Part shown: positions 15,101-27,100 of the stretch, piece by piece
How positions within the stretch are numbered: the stretch's first letter is position 1
Layout of the letters: every line of letters begins with the position of its first letter
NCBI RefSeq assembly: GCF_964355755.1
Contig: NC_092680.1
Span: 18,733,045 to 18,797,044, forward strand
From: Antedon mediterranea
Taxonomy: Eukaryota; Animalia; Echinodermata
Reading direction: 5' to 3'
DNA: 64,000 nt
Notes under the pieces: generated by a model
Databases searched by the model: none
What the model saw: the letters and a program-made list of their open reading frames with translations, nothing else
Told to the model about the DNA's origin: nothing
Translations under genes and position numbers: made by a program

Positions 15101-18100
15101 CTTTTGGTTTTAAATTGGTTTTTGTTGAATTTTCTATTGCTGAGCTGCTGTCAGTGGAAAAAGATGTCTTATGAACTTCGGAATGTGTCAAATTTGGATT
15201 CAGTGCTACTTCATCACCAGATGAAGAAATCTGCTCTTTTCTTAATAGTTCTGTGCTAGTTATATTTAATTCTGAAGAATGAGATACATTTTCATTCGCA
15301 GTGTCCAATTGAAATTGAAATGTATCTTCATTAGCAACTGGAATAGTTATAACCACATATTCATCAGAAGGCGCATTCCCAGAATCTAATGACTTCCACC
15401 ACTTAGATATAGTTGACAACAAAGAACTTTTTTCTGAAGTGGAAGTTTGGTTGTCTTTTGAGATTTTTTTGGGGTTTTTTCTGTTTACAGTCTCCGCGCA
15501 TTCTATTGCTGGTGATAGATGAACCTCCATACTATCCACATTGCAGTCTTCAGTACCTATCACTAATTCTTCCATTACTGGGATTTCGGGAAAAGAAACG
15601 TTTTTTTTAATGACTGATGGTGACTTCTGCTTCTTTAACTGACCAACTGGAGGATGTCTCTCTTTTGGTCTTACTACCCTGGTGTCATGCGATAAAGCTG
15701 GCAAGATCATCTCAGGACAACTTGTCCCTGATTGATATTGTGAACCCCTTGGATTCGTTTGATATTCAATGAATTGTTTAATTGATGGTTGATGAAGAAT
15801 TAATCTTCTATGTATCATCTCAACTTGGATTGGAGGCAAAGAGAAGATTTCCAACGGATTTAAATTTGAAACATCAATCTGTGGAAAATGGAAAAAGGTT
15901 TATAAATAAGGATAATTGCATTTTTATCGGATTTTCATTTTATATAATTCTAAAAATATAAATCAAATTAGTTAATTACAACCTAAATTAATCATTTCTA
16001 TATTAAACTTAATTTTCTACAATCAATTTAAAACATATATTAAAAAACTACCTCAAATCATTATCCATTTCAAAATAAAATAAAATTCTTTGCATTGCAA
16101 ACCAGATTAAGAACAAGAATTGAATAGACACAAGTTTATTACAGGTTAGAAATTATATCGTTTACCAAACCACAAATAAAGTACAAGTTTTAATGATTAT
16201 TACGACCACCGTTACACAAAATGTATAAGGAAAACATGAATAGCAAAATGTGCAGAAACAAGATATACCACAGTTTATAGAGTTAAGTGCTAACATTTTG
16301 TGCACAGAAAACAAGGTATTTATGTAAAAATCTTACACCTTAATGAAACATACTTGTTTCATGCGAAATATTAGTCAGCCTTTTCCATGCTACAGGATAT
16401 TTAAGAAGTTATTTACCATGCTACAAGTAATTTATGATGACTAAAACACCCAATACTATAGAATTGTTATGGCATGCAGAGGGAGGGTAAATAGAAAAAT
16501 GAACAGCAATCCAAGCATACCACTTACCTTATAACATCAGGATAAACAAAACTTTTTTAGCCAATCAGGAAAAAGGTTTGCCAACATCATAAAATGACAC
16601 TTCTGCACATGCTCTCCATTGGGCAGACAGGAAGCCATTTTGATTTTGGTGGAATTGATATTAAAATATCATACATGCTAATGAGGTATCAGCAAGGCAG
16701 ACAATATTTAAATTCTAAAGTATATTATTAAACAGATGATAGCAAACCTAACAACTAAAAATGAGGATGGAATCATTCTGTATTGCCATTAGAAAATATG
16801 TAAAGCTGTAAAAGAAAAATATCCCAGAGAAAACAGCAAACTTTTCTATACTTCTTGGATGTGTATACTGATAAAATTATTGAGTAAAAGTTAATTTCTA
16901 CAGATTGTTGTGGTGATATGGTTAAAATGATCAATTATTATTAAGAAACATTTTCTGCAATGATAAATTTAAATCATAAATGAAAAACCAACATATATTG
17001 CATTTTAAAATCAAATAAATTACAATAATTTGTGTAGGTTTTTAAAATATCCACGCAGAAAATGTAACTTAAATGGAACGTTAATAATAATAATATGTGA
17101 TGATATATATTATTTATAACTGTAATAGTATAAAAAAGTATAATTCTGGTGATACATATATTGCATGTGTTATTGTTAAATAATAAAGTACAGTAAAATC
17201 AAACAGACAAACTTGGGTTGGCTCATAAATTAATGCATTTTACAAACAGAGAATTATTTGGCTACTGAAGAAGATTTTGTCTTGAGTTCACTGTATTACT
17301 CATTATTGTAAAGATACTACTTTGTATATATATACTTCCTCCAACACAAGAATAAGATAATTTTAAGACGCCGGTGGGCACAGTTAACACCAAAAGCATA
17401 AGAATATACAAACTATAAAAGCTGTTAATTCTACTAGTATTTTTGGTAAAACATCAATAGCATATTATTATGTAGCTGTTAAACATGAAAGTTCATATCA
17501 TGTAGTGGCGCTGTTCGCTACCACAGGCAATTGATTTACCCATAGTAGCAGTAAGCAGTAGACACTGAAGTATGTGCGTGTATTGTTATTACTGACAGTG
17601 ACATTGTCAATTAGTAATTTAAACACTTAGGATAATATACATGATTCTATGTGGTAATAATTACAACATATTGTAGTATATAATATTATATACATCACAC
17701 TATATACTACAATATGTAATATAATATACATCATTAGAAGGTAGTGTAGTTAAACCGCTACACATGTAATATTTCCCTTTCGGTTTCATGTAAAAACATT
17801 TTTATCAAATTGTATCATCCCAAAAACATTTTTTTTTTGTATTACAATCAATCATGTAGGTAAGCATGTATATTATCCAGTATTCAAATTCTTTTAAGCA
17901 TAGAATATTTAGACAAAGAATTACTTTTCAGATTTATTTTGTTCAGAATTAGGCTCTTTAAAACACTTATGATTGATACCTGTGAAAATAATCAAAACGT
18001 CATGATTTAACAAGAATATTCTTGTAAAGATAACGAAAAGAACCAATGTACAACTTACATTGAGTTGTTTTCCAACCGAACCAATGACTTCAATTCTGTC

Positions 18101-21100
18101 TGTCACATTCATTGACAGTTCCTCGTACCGTGTCTTGAATGTTTCAAGTTCTTTTTGGATTATTTCTGCTCCAGATTCGAGACGAGGGCGTTTTGAGGTA
18201 GACCTGTCATGAAATTCATCAACTTGCTTCATGTAGTTCTCCTGTGCTGCATCATAAACCTAGTTGTAGAAACAAAAATAAAAAAAATAAAAAACAATGG
18301 GTAACAATTGAAATATTCTGTTATTATTATAATTACATAAACTGTTTTATAAAAATGTGGATAAAATCCCAATCACATAAAATAAAAAAAATTGGTTTTG
18401 ATTAGTTGACATACATATCAATACATTTGTTATGTCAGTTAATTGGTAAACATCTTGATTAAATAGAATTTTGTGTTTTTCAACAGTCTTTTCTGTTTGA
18501 ATCTTCCTGAAAAGCTCTTTTATATATTGTTTATACACCAGATATGTTTTAATGTGTTATTGTCAATTAAAAACTCATTTTAATGAATGAATTTAAGTTT
18601 AATTTACATCAAGACATAAACATAAACTATAAAATAAAATGTATCTTTTTCAAAAATGATGGAAGTTCAATTACCTTTACTTGTTCAATAAATTCTCTGC
18701 CTTTAAGTAGCACGTCCTCAATCTTTGGCCTGCGGTTTTCAACCTCGGAATTAAAGACTCCTGCAGCCTGGTACTGTTGTTGTACGGACATCATATCATG
18801 GCCGATGATTTCAAATTTAAGTAGAGTAACGGCTGCTTCTGATATCCAGTTATTTTCTCTTGTTAACAATTCATCCAATTCTTGTAATTTGTCACTTGCT
18901 ATGTCTAGCCTCATTAGCCTTATTTATTAAATGAAATATTATCTTGTTTTATTTGAATTCATTTTTCAAAATACATAAATACTTCTTCAACAAATTTAAA
19001 AAAAAAATGATCCACAAGACAAGGACATGTTATATACAGATTCCACAATTTAATTGAAATATGATAAGCCCTTTTGGAAATATGGAAAAGACATGGTACA
19101 AAGATTTAGAAAAAAGGATACTCAAGATAGAAACGAGAAAAGCCTCTCTTTTAATTCTTCTTTGGCATTTGTATAATCCAACACATAACATTTTTAACAC
19201 ATGCCACAAAATCTATGAGAGGAGGCAGCCTGTAAATGTAACTACTCTTTGCCTCCTAGCTGTACTTACCTTTCATGGGTCTGAACACAAACATTGTCCC
19301 AACGATTGTTAATCTCATTAACATCCTTCTGTAGGATATGGTCATCCGGCAATGGTGACTTCTGGGATAACTTTTTTACCTTAATGGCACTCTTCACAAG
19401 TTTGTCAATGACAGTCTGGAATGGCGGCAGTGTTCTTTGTAGCTCCTTAAAAAGTAAATATTTTGATAAAAAACAATTTAAAAAAACAATGAATGTGGTC
19501 TACAAAGCTTAATGGAAAATTTCATTCTGTATACTGTGTGCTTGATTTATGATGTTTTAAATACAGTACCATCCAGCGAAATAAAACAGTATTTGGTCTG
19601 TCTATTGATAGATATTTATTTTTTAGCTACACCATTTGTAAATGTAAACATTCCAGAGAGTTTCATCAGTAAATGATTTACTAATGTAAAGGAAAAAGCA
19701 CAAAATGTTTGATTTAAAAAGGACTTAGAGGCTTTGAGAATTAGGTGCTATATAACAATGACATATTATTACTTGTACGTACCTGTAGTGTGTCATATTG
19801 AACTTGTATTTTATCCAGGTCAGCTGACATGCCATCTTGATCCAATAGAGAACGCTCGCTACTTTCAACCACATCTCGTGCACGTTCTAGAGTTGACTGT
19901 ACCACATTGATCTGACAGATTCTGAAAGAAACAAACCAAAATATCTAATAGTTTCAACCAAAACACCACAGTGTCAACCATATTGGATTTGGTATCAGGT
20001 GCATGGATATTTTAAAGTAATTTTTCAGAAACACTCACCTTTCTGCAACAGCACTAGACATATTGTAAAGTTTATCCCAAGTGTCTAGAAGAAGTCCAAG
20101 TTCCTTTCTTAATTCTGGTCGGTCTTCCTTTTTAAGAGCATTTTCTAAATTTTGCCGTAATTGGTCGTATCGAGGTTGTAAAGTGGTAAGATGGGTATGG
20201 AATGTCTAGAAAATAATAAAATAAAATAAATAAATAAAATAATACATATAAAATAAATCAGTTAAAAGTAAATATATACAAATAGCCGAAGAACGTCAGT
20301 AAAGAAGCAAATTAATCAAGTAAAGCGACTTGGCGTGAGTTAATACCTCACATATATAGTATTTGAACTCAGGGCCTTTATATTGGAAAACAACCAATCA
20401 CATCACCAATCTATTTAACTCCACTTGACCCTACTACTGTATTGTACTAAAATTAGCAAGGAAAAATATTTAACTTTCTGAAATCTGCAATTAAAATGTA
20501 AAAGAGTGATAATACTACAACATACCGTTATTGTATCTTGTAAACCTGTAATGGTCTCCTTATCAGCTGGCAACTTCACCATTTGCAGTTGTTGACATAG
20601 CTTCTCATGAAGATCTTGTAATATCTTTAAGAATTTACTAATATCTTCACTTAGATTACTAGGCACTGCACTTTTATCACCTACAAAATATACATTTGTA
20701 GAAAAACAATTAAGAACACCACATAATTGATTAGAATTAGAAAATAGCTACTAAAATCAAAAGCAACTTTTGAGTCAGTGAGATGTTTGTATATTTAACT
20801 ATTTCAATTAACAAATTATGAATATCTACAAAGTACATATTCACTTATACATTAATAATATTGTATGTAAGCAAAATTGAATTTTAAAAATACTATTAAA
20901 TTATTTAGCTACAAATATGTAAGGTAAATGCAATCCAATGAAAGTGATGCAATACACAATGAAGTATAGAACAAACACATGCCCAAAATGCAAATAAGTT
21001 TGTCAAATTATGTAAAAATAGTAAAATGAAAAATTAATTAAGAATCTGTAATGTAGGATTCAAAGTTCTCAATCTATATAATAAATGTTGACCTTTGACA

Positions 21101-24100
21101 TGCATCATATACAGCTTTAGTCCGATCATTATGTAGAATTTTGGGACAAAATCAAGTAAATAGTGGGTTGTCTATATAACAATCATACTTTACATTAAAT
21201 TTGAATCATATACTTCCTGTGACAGTAATTATTGTAATTTATTATTTTAAAATGTATGTAATGTAGCTCTTTTCCAAACTGGTCAAACAACAGAGGAATG
21301 CAAACCAAAACATTTTACAGGTATAATTGTGGATATGTTCCCAAATTGGATTATTTCCAAATCAGCAATTTTATGGAAATCAGGCGTTACGAAATGTTAT
21401 GATGTTGTACCTTCTGAACACATGGAATCGAGCAGGTGACTGAGACTATCAAGCTCACTTTTGAGGTCAATACCAAGTACTTCCAGGTTAAAGGTTATTT
21501 TTGAATCATGGTCATCTCCTACAAACATGCAATACAAATGAGCTGATAAACAATACAAAATATTATTTTGGCTAGACCATTTTTATATGTATACTTTTTT
21601 TTTAATACTAAAAGTAAAAATAATTCCAAACTGAATGAAACTCTTTTGAATTATATTTCTGTCCTAATTTTGCATTGACTTTATTTTAAAAATCTTTACC
21701 AAGAAAGCGATATCAGCCAATTTTTTTTTTTTATATATGAAATGGTCTATCCAAAGCATGCTAATCAGTATTAATTATGCATAAATAATTAGATTAATAT
21801 AATTAATTAAATAAAATAGTTATAGTTAAATTAGTAGCATACAAAGACAAAAAAGTAAAATTGAAAAGGTCTATAAATAAAAAGACAAATGAAATATAAA
21901 GAATACCAAATAAGAAATGATTAACAAGCAATAAATAGTAGTATAATCTTTAACCCAAAGGAACGTTCCGGAGGGAGGGGAGTTACCTTGAATGCGGGCT
22001 GTAATAGCTTGCACCTCTTGATCACAAAGATCAAGAGAACCATTGGAAAGCCTGACAGTGTCAGCCATATTACATTTCGTATCGGACGCATGGGTCCGTG
22101 TAGCTTGAAACAAAACTGAAGGAAGCGGGGAAAATAAAAGGTTCAGCAAAAAAGCAAAAACTAAAATGATGACTTTTTATAAATAAGAAAACAGCAATGT
22201 TCTAAAGAGGTTATTCATTAAAAAACTGAATCAAAAACTTTCAATCATTAAATCAGGAATCTATTTAACTTCTATTTCTTCACTTTTATACAAACATGCG
22301 TACATTTGAATTATGTTGTTATATATTGCAGGCATAGTATAGTTATCAAATTATAAGCCACAACAAAGTTACAATATTCAATTATAAAGTTAATATTGTT
22401 AGTCAATTCACAAAACTACACAGTCTGGCCTGCTTTCCTGTTGACGTGGAACTGAAAATGTAGATCTTGATGCCAAGACAGTCGATGTCTTTCAGATATA
22501 CATACTCATAAATTTTATATTTTTTGGTGGCAGTAAGAAAAAATTTGTTCCATACCGTCACCTGTTTCCAACACCTTTTAGTTGGCCAAGTTGTTTTTCA
22601 GAAAGTTGCTTTTCATAATACAATTAAAATTAACAAATCTGGTACTCTTTGAAAATTTAGACAATTCTTGTTCTCGTAAAAGTAACAATGTTCATAGAGT
22701 TGAGTTTTGAAACAGTTAACTAAGATAGTTAGACTGAGGATTCAGAAATATTTGTTTACAATATAATGACCACAAAAAGGATGGTTGTGTTGCGAAGTAA
22801 TACAAGTTTGTGTTATCACATTTATTTTATGTTATACAGGATTTAAGACTGTTTATCATTTACCTGTGTCTTTTTGCATAGATGGCACTGAGCTATGCTC
22901 AACTGTAACAGTAGACATTGTGATAGTTTGTTCTACAAGAGAATAAAAAAAGTACCAAAACAAATTAGCGTAACAACCTACAGTATTGTAAAAAGTACCA
23001 TTATTTAATGCCTTCCAACCAGTCTAAAACTATGCTCTTCTGTCCAGTCTAATATTAAAATCACCCCCTCTTTATTTTTAGACTTCTCTAGCACATACAT
23101 GGACAATATATTTTCAATATACATTGTTTGTATATAGAAAACATATATCAGAATTATCAAAATTTTCTGGATAATCCTGAATGCACGAAATGAATTTGTT
23201 TATCAAGAAAGTCAATGGGATGACAGCCAAGTCATGCCATCATCTCTGGGACTGTGTTAGTGTTGAGCTTCTACTTCTTATATCTATGGGGGGGGGGGGG
23301 TCAGCCAATCACAACACACATTAGAATACAGATTATAGTACATCTACACCCAAGTAAAAGTGAGTAATTCTATATTCACCATTAACAGTTCTCATAGTCC
23401 TCTCTTCAGTCGTTGTGATAGAGCCTTGTGCAGAATCAGTCAGTTCAAGGCGTCGCTGCATCAGCTTGGTGTAAGTAGTACTCCAAAATGTTAAGCATTC
23501 TTGAAATTTCACCTCAAGTCTGTCAAGATTTTAAAAAGTACTAACAATTTTGATGGCAGTCACTCAAACGTGTGTATATATATATGCACAGCTCGGACAA
23601 TTTTATTCACTCGGTCATTTGGATAGAATGTAGTAACAATATGAATTACATTAACAAAACATATTTGGGGGATAAATAGATTAATAGTTTACAAGAGATG
23701 ACATAAGAATAGTCTAATTAGGCCAGAAGTTTTTTAAGATCTACCAATCAATTCATCCCTTGCATATTGGAATGGAAAACTTACTGTTTTGATAACTGAA
23801 TGGCTCCATCATATGGAGGCGGAATCATGAACACAATGCCGGGGACTGTACCCTCGCGTCCAACTGTGTTTATTACTTTCCATTTCAGTCTGTCTGAATT
23901 GTCTAGAAGAACACATTTCTCACCTCTTGAAACAGATATCTGGCAAAAAGAATTATGTGTTTAAAAGTATTTTAAAAATATTATGGTTTAAGGTTTATGA
24001 ATATTATTAGTCACAGTTTTTAATTTTACATATTCCGAACGGAATTTGTAATTCACACTTCTCCACCAAAAGTACTCAAGGAGTGGCAACATGGTTGACA

Positions 24101-27100
24101 GAGTAATATTAAGGGATTATACTTACATCAATACCAGAGTAACTGCAAACCGCATAAACTGCGATACGTCCGTTAAGAGGTTGTCTGCGTTGCTTTAATG
24201 GCACTACCTGTTGGCTTATCTTATTTAATTCTAAAAGGACGGGTTGCAGTTTTAAAATATTCTCTTTCATTTTCTAAAAAATAAAAATGTTTTTGTATTT
24301 GATTTTGTGATCTAGAAAGTATACTAACTGGACATTAAAAGGATCTTTTGATTTTGGACGACCTTTGACCTAGCACTTATGACATCAAATAAATGTACTA
24401 TTCGCATACATCATTGAGTTTGGTTTGGAAAGTTGGTTGATTCTAGGACCTTGGTTTCAGATATCAAAGTCATGTAGATGAAACTTTGGTTTGTACGGTC
24501 ATTGTAAAAAAATCAGAATTGCTTTTATAACTGGACCGTTTTGACAAAAAAAGTAATGCATCATTTGTATCAATGAAATCAAAATTTAAAATAAATAAGA
24601 AAAAGATTTGACCTACTTCCATTGCAATGATAAGGTCATCTAATTGCTGTTCTGTTGCGTCTACTGGGTTATATTGGGAATTTAATTCCTCTATATATTG
24701 CACCATCCTTTGCTCACAATTTCTTGCATCATTAAAAAACTAGGCGGAGGGAAGGAAACAACACATTAATAAAGAGTAAAACAACATACATAAAAAGTTA
24801 TTATTCAAAACCAAACATGCATTAACCAAACAACATAACATTATTGAAAAAAAAGAATTTATTAGCATGAGACATGAGAAATTAGTATAGAAATCAAATG
24901 CTGAATAATGTTCACTATACATAGCTATGACATTTATGAAAAATAAACAGTAATACAAAAGAAAAAAAAACTTACCTACGAGTTGAAAACCTTGAAGGAA
25001 CTTAACTTATGTGCAGATGGGAAAAACGCGGATTCAAAAGATGTATCGCGATGGTGAAAGTTCAACGCGGGTCAATAAAATCTTACCTCTGACCTCAAAG
25101 AAGGTATTTTCTATCATTGTAAACTGTTTATGCATACACTAATGATTTTTATGCCATTGTATGCATTTGAAATTTCTGTATACAGAAATTTTTAATTTAA
25201 TTTCTAGCTTTTTCAAGCATGCTGTTCGATACCTTATTTCTACTGTAGCTCTAAAATGCGTCATCATTCGTCATTTAGTGCCTTTCATGTTAATTTGTTT
25301 AAAGCATGCCGATAAGACAAACGCCACCAGACATAGCAACAAGAAAACAAAAAAAATAAAAATGATGTAGTGAGACCAGAAATACTGTATGGTGTGATAC
25401 AACTATGTTGAATACAACCCATTACAAAAAATAAATAAAAATAGCTGGCTAGATTTAGTAAAGCTCAATAGGTATAAACACTATCAAAACACATTTGAAT
25501 GAGCTGTTTAAAAAATGTATATATATATAGATATTTTGAATGTTTTTAAAAATGTGATTTTAAATATAAAATATAAGTATTTCAGTAATAATCAAAACTA
25601 AAACTGTAAACAGTAAATGCACAGTATGGCAAAGTATACGTACAGTATTTCCCAGTATATGTAAAGTATGACAGTATATGTAAAGTATGACACAGTATAT
25701 GTAAAGTATGACACAGTATATGTAAAGTATGACACAGTATATGTAAAGTATTTCCCAGTATATGTACAGTATTTCCCAGTATATGTACAGTATTTCCCAG
25801 TATATGTACAGTATTTCCCAGTATATGTACAGTATTTCCCAGTATATGTACAGTATTTCCCAGTATATGTACAGTATTTCCCAGTATATGTACAGTATTT
25901 CCCAGTATATGTACAGTATTTCCCAGTATATGTACAGTATTTCCCAGTATATGTACAGTATTTCCTAGTATATGTACAGTATTGCCAAGTATGTGTACAG
26001 TATTGCCAAGTATGTGTATAGTATGACAGTATATATGTACAGTTTGACACAGTATATGTACAGTTGTTGCTCATATGTACATTATTGCCTAGTTTATGTA
26101 CAGTAAGTCTGTGTTTAGTGATGGTATGTGATGGTTTAAAGATTGTCTTCTCTGTTTAATATATGTAAATAAAAATGATGAACATGCACAATTTTGGCCA
26201 CATGCAAGTTATTAGCAAAACAAACCAGAAACCAATATAATTCATTCAACGAACATGCAAATTAATTTAAAATCATGAATTACAAAAATTAGCCACATGG
26301 CAAAACATAGGACTAAACAGAAACAGTACAATGCAATGACATACATGAACATATGAAATAGAACGAATGCCTAATGTAAATGATATTAGTTGAACATGAC
26401 ATAATAGCAATCAAAATTAAAATTGCAAAACAAAGGTATAAATATGCATGAATCATGATGAAAAACAAAATATGGATAATGATGATTTATTTATAATAAT
26501 TTGGTTGTATTGTTATTTGATGAAATCACATTCCAGGGGATAAGGAAACAGTATATGAAAATAAACTTATAATGAAAATGTTGTAATTTCTTAGTATTTT
26601 GTTTTTTTGTAAATGTGTGTAAATATTTAATTCAAGAAATATAGATATAAATCAATATTAGGTAAAACATTAGGTTATATCAGAATAGTTTAATACCCAT
26701 GTGACCTCCTCAAAGAAATGTGAGTAATTTTGTGAGTTAAGCCAAGGGTTACCTGATGATATTCAGCAGCATATTTTAATTGAGTTTCCATGGATGCTGA
26801 GAGCTGAATCAACCACGCCCACTGGGACTGCATTGTAGTCATATAGGCCTAGAAGATAAAGAGTATAAATGTATATTTTGAAGCCTTTAATTTTGTTGGA
26901 GTTGGGGGTGAGGGGAGGGGGTTTGTTGGAGTGTCCAAATATATGAAATTCAATCTTATTCACAATATCAGTGTCTGGTAGAGCAAGAAACATTGTATAG
27001 TGTTTAAGAATGGAATAATAGTTCACACATAAAATATGTAACTAATAGTCTGGAGCTTTCTCCAACTACTGCATAGAATCTGGACTTTAAATCTGGTGTT

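Noticed and set aside
12204-15610. Several plus-strand ORFs over the giant exon
   Set aside because: Antisense shadows of a low-complexity coding exon; no protein-like features.
11721-15854. 1,377-aa ORF as an independent intronless or nested gene
   Set aside because: It starts at a TTG, and in-frame splice acceptor and donor bracket it in phase with the host exons.
25598-26074. Repetitive ORFs (YCTYTGK)n / (VYVQYFP)n
   Set aside because: Translations of a 21-bp minisatellite.
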